DNA from: a virus
Taxonomy: Duplodnaviria; Heunggongvirae; Uroviricota; Caudoviricetes
Direction: 5' to 3' (one strand)
Length of the DNA stretch: 64,000 nucleotides
IMG/VR virus record: IMGVR_UViG_3300025288_001461
Under the pieces are notes generated by a model. The model was not told the DNA's origin. It ran no database searches and was given only the letters and a program-made list of their open reading frames with translations. This document shows, piece after piece, positions 31,511 to 42,717 of the stretch (positions are counted from its first letter, which is position 1; each line of letters begins with the position of its first letter). The translations under genes and the position numbers were made by a program.

Positions 31511-32488
31511 TTAAAATTTAGATAAAATATCGTTTTTCATTTTATTGTATTCTTCTTGAGTAATTAATTCTTTATTAAAAAGTGATTTAGCTTTAATTAA
31601 TTTTTCTTCTAAACTTTCTTGAGAACTTGAACCTGATTGAGTCATATTAGACATAGATTGAGCCATAGCCATACCAACTCCCATACTTGCCCCTAATCCA
31701 GCCATACCACTTTCATTTTGTGCAGCTAATGGAATGCTATTCGCCATTTGAAATCTAGTATAATCATTTAAATTTCCAACAATACCCATAGATATTTTTG
31801 CATCAATTGTTTTTTGTAGTTCTTCAGGTAAGTTTAAGTTTTCAATTAAAAATTGAATTATGGATAAGCCATATTTTTCAAATTGTGGAGTTAATTCATT
31901 TTTTATTTTATCTGCCAAAACAGACTGATTTGATGCCATATCAATAAATGGCACACCTGATTGTGCTAAAAAGTTTGTAAATGAAGATAAAACAATATTT
32001 CTTAATTGTTCTTCAAGTGTTTCTCTTGTGAAATTGTCAACGGCACCACTTACATTTACAAAAAACAATTTTGGATCAGTTACTTGATAAGTATATTTTC
32101 CAAAAGCTCTTACCCGAACCATCCCAATTTCTTTATCTCTAACTGTAATTGGTTGTGCTGTACCCCATCCATTACTTAATTGAACTTTAGCATTTAAAAA
32201 ATAAACATCTGATTTGAATGGAGATTCAAAGAACTTATCCCAATTTTTTAAACTAGTCAAAATTGGAATTGTTTGTGTAATTAATTTATATGTTCCAGGA
32301 CGGAAGACATCTGCCAACTTCCCTTCATTTATAAATATAGCGATTTGTGATTCTCTTACAACTAAAACACCACCATATTGAATTTCCTGATCTTCCATTG
32401 GAAACTTTTTAACCAATAATGTTTGATCTATTTCTGGCATCTCAATGATGTCAATAAACTGTTTTCTAATAAAAGACATTAATCCCAT
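31511..32488 (-). CDS. SPFH (band-7)-like protein with C-terminal SHOCT domain
   Basis: ~240-aa SPFH-like core, a Gly/Met/Ala-rich linker, then a C-terminal LEEKLIKAKSLFNKELITQEEYNKMKNDIL SHOCT-type motif. Confidence 0.55.
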   Translation of the reverse strand: MGLMSFIRKQFIDIIEMPEIDQTLLVKKFPMEDQEIQYGGVLVVRESQIAIFINEGKLADVFRPGTYKLITQTIPILTSLKNWDKFFESPFKSDVYFLNAKVQLSNGWGTAQPITVRDKEIGMVRVRAFGKYTYQVTDPKLFFVNVSGAVDNFTRETLEEQLRNIVLSSFTNFLAQSGVPFIDMASNQSVLADKIKNELTPQFEKYGLSIIQFLIENLNLPEELQKTIDAKISMGIVGNLNDYTRFQMANSIPLAAQNESGMAGLGASMGVGMAMAQSMSNMTQSGSSSQESLEEKLIKAKSLFNKELITQEEYNKMKNDILSKF

Positions 32489-32552
32489 TTAAATTCCTTA
32501 AAAATATTAAATAGAATTTTATACTACAAACTATTTATTTGTATAGTGTTTT

Positions 32553-33137
32553 TTAATTCATTCCTGGCTTAGATGGTGAATTTTCATTTTCTTGATTTTG
32601 ATTACTTCTAAGTTTACCCAATAAATTACTTATTCCTCCGATAATATTATCCTTAGCTTTCATCGTGTTATCACCCAATTGACTCATTGTTGCACTTAAT
32701 TCTTTAGCTTCACGGCTATCTCCCAATATGTTAATTTGAGCCTTTTCAACTTTTAATTCTTGAGCTTTTTCTTTTTTACTTGTTTTATGATTTATTTTTT
32801 TTACTTTAGCATTTTCAACAGGTGCATTATTTGCTTCTGTTGGTTTTGACATTTCTTGTAATCCAGCACCTGCACTTTGCATTCCTTGACCAACCTTCTC
32901 TCCAACAACTTTAGCCCCAGCTACAGCTTTCACACTTACATCAGATGCAACTTCTTTTGTTTTTCCCCAAACTCCCTTAAAAAAATTACCCACATCTTCA
33001 CTAGTTAATTGTGCAGGTTTGGCCTGAATATTTTCTTGGTCCATATTTTCAGCATGAGCCTGAGTTACTCCTAAAATCATTGTTGCTACAGCAAAAGAAC
33101 CCAATATTATCGCTTTTTTAAATGAACTGTTTTTCAT
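32553..33137 (-). CDS. secreted low-complexity protein (194 aa)
   Basis: Signal peptide MKNSSFKKAIILGSFAVATMILGVTQAHA. Confidence 0.5.
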   Translation of the reverse strand: MKNSSFKKAIILGSFAVATMILGVTQAHAENMDQENIQAKPAQLTSEDVGNFFKGVWGKTKEVASDVSVKAVAGAKVVGEKVGQGMQSAGAGLQEMSKPTEANNAPVENAKVKKINHKTSKKEKAQELKVEKAQINILGDSREAKELSATMSQLGDNTMKAKDNIIGGISNLLGKLRSNQNQENENSPSKPGMN

Positions 33138-33231
33138 CTTAATCTTTCTTTAAATTATTATTTAATTCTAATTGATTAAATACCAAAAGCAACCCAATTG
33201 ATTTATGTTAAGTTTCCTATAGTATAAAAAA

Positions 33232-33924
33232 ATGACTATGATTAACATTATGATAAAATTTAATTTCACTAAAGGTTTAGCAACTATTTTTCTTACATTC
33301 CCTATTTCTTTAATGGCACAATGTCCAACACAATCTCCCAATATTGACATTAATGTTTCAATGACACCAATTACATATAATTATGATTATACTAGTAGAC
33401 AAATGCAAGAATTAGAAGGTCAAAAGAACCCAAATCTTCTTGGACTTTATAGTGGTAAAAAAAATTTCAATATTAAAACGAATATAGAAACATCATCTAT
33501 TAATGGAAAAATATCATGTGTTAATGTTACACAAGTTTTAGTTTCAGTAAATATTTCTCCCACAATTTATATATCTAAAGAATCTCAACAATTTGAGTGC
33601 ACAAAACAAAGAACTGTTCAACATGAGCAACAACATCTTCAATTTGAAGTAAATGTTGCTTCTAAAGCAAAACCAATTATTGAACAAATAATTAAAAAAT
33701 ATTATATAGGTCAAAGTTTTCCCACAAATTCAGAATTAGAAATTAAAAAAATGAGTGATTATAAAAGTAACTCTGCGACAAATGAAATTCAATATTTTTT
33801 AAAAAAATCAACATCAAACCTTCATGCCTCTATTGATAGCGATGAAAACTATAAAAAAGAAAGCTCTTATTGTTCCAATCAAGAAAATGTTGTTATTAAT
33901 AAACTTTTACAAATGAAATATTAA
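33232..33924 (+). CDS. secreted hypothetical protein (230 aa)
   Basis: Signal-like N-terminus; internal HEQQH. Confidence 0.5.
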   Translation: MTMINIMIKFNFTKGLATIFLTFPISLMAQCPTQSPNIDINVSMTPITYNYDYTSRQMQELEGQKNPNLLGLYSGKKNFNIKTNIETSSINGKISCVNVTQVLVSVNISPTIYISKESQQFECTKQRTVQHEQQHLQFEVNVASKAKPIIEQIIKKYYIGQSFPTNSELEIKKMSDYKSNSATNEIQYFLKKSTSNLHASIDSDENYKKESSYCSNQENVVINKLLQMKY

Positions 33925-33969
33925 AATATATGATATAATAGTGTTTTCAACATTATTAGAAGTAATATC

Positions 33970-34191
33970 ATGCTTAATTCAAATCGGTGGCTCAATATTT
34001 GTATTTTTCACTTAGAACAGCCTATTTCTATTGGTGGTCAAACTCTTCTTGCTGGAATACAGCAATTAATTAGAATTGAAAACACTTATTTTTTTAACCA
34101 ATTAGGTAAACCTGTATATGTTGAACTTAATATTCAATATAATGAAGAAATTGTAAATTGTATTTTTTCAAAAGCATTCAGGAATAATTAA
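33970..34191 (+). CDS. hypothetical small protein (73 aa)
   Basis: Intact ORF. Confidence 0.3.
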   Translation: MLNSNRWLNICIFHLEQPISIGGQTLLAGIQQLIRIENTYFFNQLGKPVYVELNIQYNEEIVNCIFSKAFRNN

Positions 34192-34373
34192 TTTTAACTA
34201 AAGAATACCATCTATTCTAGATGTAATTGACTAAGCTCAATGAACGCAACGCAACAAGCTACATTGAAGCAGAAACTATCTTTATTTATTGCTGTGCCTA
34301 TTCAATATTGTATTAACACCTTAATTTTTAGTAATCTTTTCTTGCATTTCCATTTATTTAAATACTGTGTTAA

Positions 34374-34652
34374 TTAAGTTAGCTGATCTATTGCTATAAC
34401 TATTAATATAAAAATTAAGCCAACACTTAACCCAACAACTATTTCTTTTACTGAATTTTTTGGCTTTTGTGCAGGTGTTTTAACACTTAAGTTTTCAACT
34501 ACAGGTTTTTTTTCACGCATTTTTTGCATTAACCCTCCAAACCCTGATTTTTTTTTTTGAGGATTTATTGGGTCATCTAGAGGAACAGTTTCAGTTTCCT
34601 CATCTTGAAAAATTTGGAATGTTTGTAAATCTATATCGTCTTTTTTAGCCAT
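34374..34652 (-). CDS. small tail-anchored membrane protein (92 aa)
   Basis: C-terminal TM helix. Confidence 0.35.
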   Translation of the reverse strand: MAKKDDIDLQTFQIFQDEETETVPLDDPINPQKKKSGFGGLMQKMREKKPVVENLSVKTPAQKPKNSVKEIVVGLSVGLIFILIVIAIDQLT

Positions 34653-35149
34653 TGCATCACCTTTTGTGTATAATAATAAAATAATAATTAATATTAGTTT
34701 TTTATTTTAATTTTAACAAAAAGTCAACACAACACATTACTATAACTCAATAATAACCGATTAAAACACATATTATTGTTATTATCCTCTAGTCTTAAAC
34801 ACTACTAAATATCTTACTATAAAATAATTTTCATAAAGACTTGCATAATTCCAAGAACTTTATGTCGGTGTGATTCACTAGATTTAAAATATCTATATTT
34901 AAGAAATTATATGACCAACAATTTTAGCAGAACTCACTGTAAGATTTTTTCAACCTTCATTAATTGTTTGAAATATGTTAACACTTCATATTCATTATAT
35001 GAACCGATATATTTTTGTTTTCTACTGTAGTGAATTCAATTCTAACTACACCCTCACCAAAAAATTTCTTTATAAAATCAAACATTTTAATCCTCGTTTA
35101 AATTAAAATTTGGGCCACATGATTACACAACCATTATAGCCCATTAATA

Positions 35150-35296
35150 TTATTCCACTGTAAATTCTTCACCAATTGTTTTTCGGGCCTTGCTCCATGC
35201 GAAATCACGCTTCATACATTCAGTATAAACCAAATAACAAAACTCAATCTCAACACGCTTTTCAAACTCACTAGGGGAAATTACTTTTTTAGACAT
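35150..35296 (-). CDS. 48-aa ORF, paralog A (MSKKVISPSEFEKRVEIEFCYLVYTECMKRDFAWSKARKTIGEEFTVE)
   Basis: Translated by hand. Absent from the ORF track (<60 aa). GAGGTG sits 3 nt before the ATG. Confidence 0.4.
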   Translation of the reverse strand: MSKKVISPSEFEKRVEIEFCYLVYTECMKRDFAWSKARKTIGEEFTVE

Positions 35297-35305
35297 ATGC
35301 ACCTC

Positions 35306-35452
35306 TTATTGTTGAACTTCAAAACTTTTTGATACGTTTTCACGGGCTTTACCCCATGCAAAATCACGCTTCATGTATTCAGCATATACCAAATAACAAA
35401 ATTCAATCTCAACCTTTTTATTAAACTCACCAACGGAAATAGTATTTTTCAT
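35306..35452 (-). CDS. 48-aa ORF, paralog B (MKNTISVGEFNKKVEIEFCYLVYAEYMKRDFAWGKARENVSKSFEVQQ)
   Basis: Tandem copy 9 nt upstream of paralog A, about 60% identical. Confidence 0.4.
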   Translation of the reverse strand: MKNTISVGEFNKKVEIEFCYLVYAEYMKRDFAWGKARENVSKSFEVQQ

Positions 35453-35994
35453 ATTTATCCTTTAAAAATTAACCAAATTAACCAACTAAATAATAATTTA
35501 AAAAATAATCAATTCACGAGCTATCAATTTCATGCATAAAACTCCTTATTTCATGCGATACGACCTTTTGTTAATATTCAATTCAGTAAGTAGTCTTATA
35601 ACTTAACTGAACATTTTTATTATATCATAAAAAACTTAATTATGATACAAGCTACCAAATTTAATTTATGGCCTCCATCCTTCAACGACTTGCTGTATAA
35701 ATTTACCACATTATACATTGCTTATCTCCAAATTTCATAGGTTCCCATTAGAATTAAATCCGGTTATCGTTTAGCTCAACGTTAGTCTCTCCCAATGTTA
35801 CAAATATGCTTGGTTAGAACACTTCTTCATGGATTGTTGCCATTATCTTGTTTCCAACAAGAACGAGTTTTAATTATACAACAAAATTAATACATTAAAA
35901 TCTTTTTTTAAAAAATATTTATATTTTATGAATAAATTTAATTTGACTTTTTTCTAGTATTTATATACTATTCAAATAACATAGGTGAAAAACA

Positions 35995-36468
35995 ATGGAT
36001 CAAGGTATCGTAAAAAAAATTTATTGGACAATCATTAGTATATCTCTCATTACTATAATCATTAGTCTTATTGGCACTTATAACACAAATAAATTCATTG
36101 ATGAACAAACTATTGCCATCAACAAATCTCCACTTGAAGCATTTAGATTAATTGACTATAGAGAAAATAGTGATGGAGTATTTATTGATGTTGTTAAAGT
36201 TGATAATGGGAAAAAATATGAAAATAATTTTATTTCAATTTCTTGCCCTCAGGGATTAAAGAAAAATCCAGGCTTAATAATGAAGCTATCTGTTGTTGAG
36301 TATTTAAAGCCAAAAACAAATGAAAAAGTTTATTCTCTTGATAGAGCATATGAATATCTATGCACAAACATTAATATGAATGTTGAAGATGAAAAACTTT
36401 TAAAAAGAATTAAAGAAGCTAGAGATAGGATGATTAAAGATAATGAATCTAATTTACCTAAAAATTAA
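35995..36468 (+). CDS. hypothetical membrane-anchored protein (157 aa)
   Basis: N-terminal TM helix. Confidence 0.5.
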   Translation: MDQGIVKKIYWTIISISLITIIISLIGTYNTNKFIDEQTIAINKSPLEAFRLIDYRENSDGVFIDVVKVDNGKKYENNFISISCPQGLKKNPGLIMKLSVVEYLKPKTNEKVYSLDRAYEYLCTNINMNVEDEKLLKRIKEARDRMIKDNESNLPKN

Positions 36469-36473
36469 AAATA

Positions 36474-36782
36474 ATGGAAAATAAAGTTCAACTAAACAAA
36501 ATTGGCTGTTGCCCTCATTGTGGAACTAAAATAAATATATTTAAAAGAATCTTAACTCCTAAGCAACTTACTTGTCACTCCTGTGGTGGTCTTAGTTGTG
36601 TGAAAATTTTAAATAATAACCACTTATTTTTATTTATAATAATATTTATAATTTCATTTCTTTTCTTTTCAAAATTTTTAGCTGCAATTATATTTTTTGG
36701 ATTTATTATCTATTATCTATTATCTATTATCAGATGTAGATTCACAACTTGTCCCACGAGACAAATCCTCACTACTTTATAG
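36474..36782 (+). CDS. zinc-ribbon (CPHCG…CHSCGG) membrane protein (102 aa)
   Basis: Two CxxC pairs then a TM helix. Confidence 0.4.
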   Translation: MENKVQLNKIGCCPHCGTKINIFKRILTPKQLTCHSCGGLSCVKILNNNHLFLFIIIFIISFLFFSKFLAAIIFFGFIIYYLLSIIRCRFTTCPTRQILTTL

Positions 36783-37095
36783 TATGATTCCACAATTAAT
36801 TTTTAAAACAACTATTTTAATAGTAGGTTTTATTATCTCAGCTTTCATTGTCTTATCTGGCTTATCCTGGCATTAAATATGTTTAAATTTTTAATTTTTA
36901 TATATATGTTTCTTACTCATAATATGTCTTATGCTTTCACAAAAGATTTTGTGTGTGAGAATTGTGCAGAAAAAGTCATGGTTCCATTTGCAGCATCTAA
37001 TACATACCAACTAGTTTTTTTCTTTATTTTTCTTTTTAGATATTCTTTATAAAAAAATTCTAAAGAAGCCAATTCTTTTAGGGCACTTCATTATT

Positions 37096-37332
37096 TTAGA
37101 TAGTATTGGTTTTTTGCTTTTGATATGACAAATTATGGACGATGTGGCTAAGATAACGAATAACACCATCACCTCCTGTTTTCACACAAAGACTATCATT
37201 ACCTAAATAAAAATCCAACTCACCAATGGCTTTGATTGTTTTAATGGATTCAGGGTGATGATCCATTCCTTCTTCCCATCTTTTATTTACATCAGTTTCA
37301 ATTTTAAACATTTTTTCTCCATTATTTAACAT
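37096..37332 (-). CDS. hypothetical small protein (78 aa)
   Basis: Intact ORF. Confidence 0.3.
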   Translation of the reverse strand: MLNNGEKMFKIETDVNKRWEEGMDHHPESIKTIKAIGELDFYLGNDSLCVKTGGDGVIRYLSHIVHNLSYQKQKTNTI

Positions 37333-37429
37333 ATACCATTATGGATAATTTAAAAATTCTATTTGTGTTATATTCATAATGCTTCTTATAAGTAGTGCTA
37401 AACATTAATAATGCTACCTATAGAAAGCA

Positions 37430-37723
37430 TTATTCTTTTCTTAATGTAACACCAAGTGGACCATCAATTGTTCCATTTTTATTCATTTGCATCAAAAGGT
37501 GAGCACCTGGCATTACCAACCTAATTTCATCACCAGAAACCTCATATTTAATTTGAGTTTCAAAACCAAGAGTTTTTTGTACAACAGTTCCAGTTGTTCC
37601 CAATAAGTCAGGCTTAAACTCGTAACTTGTTGCACCAATTGCATCAGAATATTTCCCACTTAATTGATGGTTACAACCCCATAACATTAATGGCAACAAT
37701 AAAATTAACATAAATCGTTTCAT
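37430..37723 (-). CDS. lipoprotein (97 aa)
   Basis: Lipobox LMLWGC. Confidence 0.5.
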   Translation of the reverse strand: MKRFMLILLLPLMLWGCNHQLSGKYSDAIGATSYEFKPDLLGTTGTVVQKTLGFETQIKYEVSGDEIRLVMPGAHLLMQMNKNGTIDGPLGVTLRKE

Positions 37724-37787
37724 ATTTTTCCTTTAAAATAAATTATTTTTGAATTATAACACATATTTTAAACATATAATAATTCTA

Positions 37788-38189
37788 TTAAAACCCAATC
37801 ATCGACCAAAAGAACCTAATTATAATCTCAAGCAAAAAAGTATAATCCTTCTTTAATATTTCCCCAACAGGAGTAATTATTGAACCATCTTCAGTGATTA
37901 ACATTTCTACCTTTTCTCCACTTGCATTTATTAATGAAAGTCTATTTCCAGAAATTTCATAATTAAAATAATTTTCAACACAATCTTTGGTAACAATACT
38001 TACTTTTCCATTATGTTTTTTTGAAAAAAACTTCTCTATAAAATTTTTTTCAGGATAAAATATATAATTAGTGCTGCACTTTGTCTCAATAGTATACTTA
38101 AAGTAAGTACCTTCTAAATTATATCCAGGAAATATAGCACTCCAAAACAATGCTAAAGAAACTACAATTATCAACAGGGTAGTTTTCAT
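37788..38189 (-). CDS. secreted hypothetical protein (133 aa)
   Basis: Signal peptide. Confidence 0.5.
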   Translation of the reverse strand: MKTTLLIIVVSLALFWSAIFPGYNLEGTYFKYTIETKCSTNYIFYPEKNFIEKFFSKKHNGKVSIVTKDCVENYFNYEISGNRLSLINASGEKVEMLITEDGSIITPVGEILKKDYTFLLEIIIRFFWSMIGF

Positions 38190-38201
38190 AATATAACTGT
38201 A

Positions 38202-38717
38202 TCAAAATTCTTCAAATGGTTGAACAATCCAATCTGCTGGTGTCATTGTTGTTACATAATAATCTGGGTCAAAAACACAAGTTGTTTTCTTCCATATAAC
38301 TGCTGTTTTAACATTTTTATTGTGATTTATGTTAAATTCTTCCTTAAGTCTTTTAAGTGTTGAACCACTATCAACTAAGTCATCTACCATTAAAATTTTA
38401 TCATTTAATATATTGTATTGTTTAGCTATAGAGTCTCCAATTATTAACTCACTTATTTTGTTATCCAAACCATAAGATGAAGTAAACATAATTGCTAATG
38501 GCAATTTAAAGTATCTACTTAATGCATCACCAATAACATTACCCCCACGAGCTAAACTTAAAATTTGATTTATGTTTCCATTTTCAACTTCTGGAGCAAC
38601 CTGGCAAGCTAATCTCTTTATTAAATTATAGTATTCTTCCCATGAAATATGTTTTTTATTAAAACTCATCTTATTCTCCCAAAAAACACATTTAACAATT
38701 TTTTTCATTGATTGCAA
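38202..38717 (-). CDS. type I phosphoribosyltransferase (xanthine-guanine PRT-like)
   Basis: PRPP-binding motif ILMVDDLVDSGSTL; overall layout resembles Gpt. Confidence 0.6.
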   Translation of the reverse strand: MQSMKKIVKCVFWENKMSFNKKHISWEEYYNLIKRLACQVAPEVENGNINQILSLARGGNVIGDALSRYFKLPLAIMFTSSYGLDNKISELIIGDSIAKQYNILNDKILMVDDLVDSGSTLKRLKEEFNINHNKNVKTAVIWKKTTCVFDPDYYVTTMTPADWIVQPFEEF

Positions 38718-38738
38718 TAATGAGCAAACACTTTTAAA

Positions 38739-39359
38739 TTAACATTTAATTAATTCTTTACTTTTTAACATAAATATGTTTTTTTCTTTAAAAAAATCTA
38801 CAACTTCTTGGTCATGAGTAACAATTATAATAGTTAAATTTCCCTCATTAAATATTTTTTGTAAAAAGGAAACAACCTTCATTTTATTATCATAATCTAA
38901 GGCTGCTGTTGGTTCATCTAGAATAAGCAATTCAGGCTTTGATAATAATGCCCTTAGAATATTTATCCTTTGTTTTTCACCTATAGACAGATGTTTGGGT
39001 TTCTTTTTCAACAAAGAACCACAATCAAATATATTGGCAAAGCTATTTATATTTACTTCTTTTCTCTTTTTATACACAGATAAATATAAATTTTCTTCAA
39101 CAGTTAATTCATCAATAAAATTAGCATGTTGTGTTACATACCCCATTGATAACTTATCCTTTTTTACAACAACCCCAGAAGAAACACTTTCTATTCCCAT
39201 TATGATATTGAGTAATGTTGTTTTTCCACTGCCACTAGCCCCCAATAGAATATTTAATGTATCTTTTTTAATTTCAAGATTTACATTTTTTATAATTTCA
39301 AAACTACCATCATTATCTAAAAAAGATTTTGATATTTTTTCTAATGTTATTAAACTCAT
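38739..39359 (-). CDS. ABC transporter ATP-binding protein (LolD/MacB-type)
   Basis: Walker A GASGSGKTTLLN, signature LSIGEKQR, Walker B LILDEPTAALD. Confidence 0.85.
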   Translation of the reverse strand: MSLITLEKISKSFLDNDGSFEIIKNVNLEIKKDTLNILLGASGSGKTTLLNIIMGIESVSSGVVVKKDKLSMGYVTQHANFIDELTVEENLYLSVYKKRKEVNINSFANIFDCGSLLKKKPKHLSIGEKQRINILRALLSKPELLILDEPTAALDYDNKMKVVSFLQKIFNEGNLTIIIVTHDQEVVDFFKEKNIFMLKSKELIKC

Positions 39360-39360
39360 A

Positions 39361-40554
39361 TCAATTCCCCTTTAAAACACTACTTATGTTTTCTTTCTTC
39401 AAAACATATAATAAAATTATAAAATTAACGACAAATACTGATAATGAAAAAGAAACAATTGTTATAAAATCATCAACTTTAAATAAATATGTAATTTTAT
39501 TTACACCAAATATTTGTTCTGTTTTAATTTTTGAACCACTTATTGTATTCAAAAATTCAACAATTTCATTACTATAAATTGTTAATAAATATCCAAAACA
39601 CATACCAAGAATTGTGCTAATTAAAAAAGTTATTACATTTTTATAAAAAAATATTTTTTCTACACTATATGGAATTACATTCATAATTGATAGTAATGCC
39701 CAATCTTTCCTTTTTTCTTTAAAAAATGCAATACTTGTTGATACAATAATTGCACATAACAATGTAAACATTATTAAATAAAGTAATAAGAATATCTTTC
39801 TTTGTAATTTTAATGTATTTAATAATTCAGGCTGTATCTCTTGCCATGTTTTAACTTCAATTGTTTTTGAGTCAAACATTAGCTTTAATTTTTTTGATAA
39901 TTCTAAAGAGTTTTCATTATCAAATAAATCAATATTAATTCTATTGTAATTTTCATTTCTAAAGATTTTCTTATACTCATCTTTTGACATTGTGAGTATA
40001 AAATTTTTATCTTCACTAATAGTTACTTTTGGATTATCATAACTTTTTGCTCTAGTCACGCCACCGACCATTGGATTATATGAATCTAGGTCTAATAAGG
40101 TAATTGTATTTGTAGCCTTTTCTTTCATCTTATCACTAATTGCTTCATTCACAATTAATGGCTCAGTTTGTTTTTCGTCTTCTTTAGCATTAACCTTAAA
40201 TTTTTCACCACCAATTGTTAATAAAGAATATGAATTACGAATATAGGTTATCTTTTTAATATTTTTATCTTCTATTTTTTTATATTCAAAACCAACATTA
40301 TAATACTGTAGAGATTCTAAATAATTTTCTTTATTTCCTATTTTTGGTGTTATTGTTATTGCAGATACTTTACTTAAAATTGAATCTTGTATTTGTTGTT
40401 CAAAACCATTCATAACAGAAAAAGCACAGATAATCACAGCAATACACAATGCTATTACTAACATAGCAAATTGTTGCATGAAAAACACAATTTTGTCTTT
40501 TACTGAAAAAATGTACATTATTGCAATATATAACAATGGAAACTTTCTAAACAC
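39361..40554 (-). CDS. ABC transporter permease, FtsX/LolCE-like
   Basis: N-terminal TM, large periplasmic domain, three C-terminal TM helices. 1-nt gap to the ATPase gene. Confidence 0.75.
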   Translation of the reverse strand: MFRKFPLLYIAIMYIFSVKDKIVFFMQQFAMLVIALCIAVIICAFSVMNGFEQQIQDSILSKVSAITITPKIGNKENYLESLQYYNVGFEYKKIEDKNIKKITYIRNSYSLLTIGGEKFKVNAKEDEKQTEPLIVNEAISDKMKEKATNTITLLDLDSYNPMVGGVTRAKSYDNPKVTISEDKNFILTMSKDEYKKIFRNENYNRINIDLFDNENSLELSKKLKLMFDSKTIEVKTWQEIQPELLNTLKLQRKIFLLLYLIMFTLLCAIIVSTSIAFFKEKRKDWALLSIMNVIPYSVEKIFFYKNVITFLISTILGMCFGYLLTIYSNEIVEFLNTISGSKIKTEQIFGVNKITYLFKVDDFITIVSFSLSVFVVNFIILLYVLKKENISSVLKGN

Positions 40555-40625
40555 TTATACCTCCACAAAGTCTTGATTATACACCTAAAATAATCACATG
40601 TACACCATTTTATTTTTAAAAATAG

Positions 40626-40634
40626 TGGTATAAT
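40626..40634 (+). promoter_or_regulatory. Extended -10 element TGGTATAAT
   Basis: 35 bp upstream of the ATG at 40669, in a divergent intergenic region. Confidence 0.35.
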
Positions 40635-40668
40635 CAATTTTTTAATAACCTTTACTAAGGATTTGTAA

Positions 40669-42689
40669 ATGTCTAATAATGTTAAAGCTATATTTCTAGT
40701 TTTTTTCGCAGCCCTTATTGCAGCAGCAATTTGGTTTTCTAGCAAGAGTGGTGGGAGTTCATTGCTTCCTTCTAATAGTGGTGTAGTTGTTTTGAAGGGT
40801 GTCGTTACTTCTGAGAAGGAAAAATTCTTTAAAGATGAACGAGTTAAAGCTGAATTTATTAATAATGGATTTGATGTTCAGGTAACTCGTATGACTTCCG
40901 ATAAAATTACAGCGGCAAATAAACTTGCTGATTTTGGAGAATATGCTGATTTCGTTTTTCCATCAAGTGTTCCTGTTTCAGAAAAGGTAAAGTCTACCTT
41001 TAAATCATCACAAGCACATAATGTCTTTTATAGTCCAATGGTTATTGCAACTTAGACTCCAATTATTAATGTTCTTCGTGATAACGGGATTATTAAGAAA
41101 ATTGGTTCTTATGACACACTTGATATGGAATCTTATTTGACTCATGTTCAAAATGGAACTCGTTGGAAGGAACTAAAGAAATCAGATGAATATCCTGTTA
41201 ATAAAATTATTCTTATTTCATCTAGTGACTCTCTTTATAGTGGTTCTGCAAAAATGTATGTTGCTCTTAACTCTTACATTCTTAATGGTAATAATGTTGT
41301 TTCAACGACACAAGAAATTGATAAGGTTATGCCAACTCTCAAAAAGATTATTCAATCTCAAGGTAATCGTGAAAGCTCTAGCACAAACATAACTACTGAT
41401 TATGTTTCAATTGGCCGTGGTAAGATTCCAATGATGTTTAGTTATGAAAGTGAATTTTTTAGTGTGGCACAACAGAATCCCGACTTGCTGAAAAATGGTG
41501 CTGTTATGCTTTATCCAACTCCAACTGTTTATAGCAAACTGAAAAAATTATGCTATCTCCAGTAATTATTGGAGTCAAACCTGAATCTTTTAAAAAGAAT
41601 GGTCTTTCTGAAAAAGCCAATTACACTTGGAAAGATATTGCATCTTGGGTTAAAACCAAGAATATGACCTATGCTATGACTGACCCTAGTGTGTCTAATA
41701 GTGGCTATGTTGCTCTTATGGGGGTTGTTTATGCTACTGCGAACAAAGGTGAAAACATTTCTCTAGCTGATATTAATACTTCTACTCTTCAAGACTTTTT
41801 TAAAGGCCAAAAAGTTACTGCAAAATCTTCAAATTGGATTATGGAAACCTTCAACAAGGAACCTATTGATTTTGTTGTAAACTATGAATCTGCCATTCTT
41901 GCTAATACACCAAAAATTATTCCCGTTTACCCACAAGAAGGAATTGTTACCTCTGATTATGCAATGCTTCTTATTAACGGTGATGTAGCTAAAGTTGCAA
42001 AATATAAAGCTCTAGTGAATTACCTTAAGAAAAATGAATCTCAAGAAGCTCTTGTAAATCAGTATCACTATCGCTCCATCAACAGTGAAGTTATGGCGAA
42101 ACAAAATGTTTTTGACCAAAACAAACTTCTTGTTGAAATGCCATTTAACCAAGACAATCAAATTTCTGAATCTATTGTAATGGCTTATTTTAATGAATAT
42201 AAAAAGCCTGCTAAATTTGCATTCGTTATTGATACAAGTGGCTCTATGGCAGGAAGTCGTGAGTCTGTTTTAATTGTTCCATTCGCAGGAGAAGTTCACG
42301 ATGTTAAAACTTTTGATTCTACTGCCAAGAATGAAATGAACAGTTTTGTTAAAAGTCTTTCCATGAATGGTGGAACTGCCATGTATGATGGTGTCGCTAA
42401 GGCTATTTCTGAGCTTATTCAAGATAAGAAGATTAACGGTGATAAATATCGTTACAGTATTGTTGTTTTGACAGATGGCCTTAGCAATGAAGGTGCTAAC
42501 TTTGAACAATTCAAATCTTGGTTTGCAACTAATAATGTAAGTCAACAAGATATGCGAGTTTTTGCCATCTCTTTTGGAAATGCAGATTTAAGTCAACTTA
42601 AAAACATCACTAATCTTACAGGTGGGAAAGTTTTTGATGGAAAGACTTCTCTTTCTAGTGCCTTTCGTGAAATTCGTAGTTATCAATAA
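40669..42689 (+). pseudogene. exported solute-binding-like + von Willebrand factor A domain protein, disrupted
   Basis: One in-frame TAG at 41053-41055 (same frame continues to 41565), then a -1 frame change around the A6 run at 41542-41547. C-terminal part has vWA MIDAS motifs FAFVIDTSGSMAG … VVLTDGLSNEG. Confidence 0.55.
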
Positions 42690-42717
42690 TATTTAACAAT
42701 TTAAAAAAGCCTCAAAA

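Noticed and set aside
38995-39577. Plus-strand ORFs 38995..39375 and 39329..39577
   Set aside because: Antisense to the ABC ATPase and permease genes.
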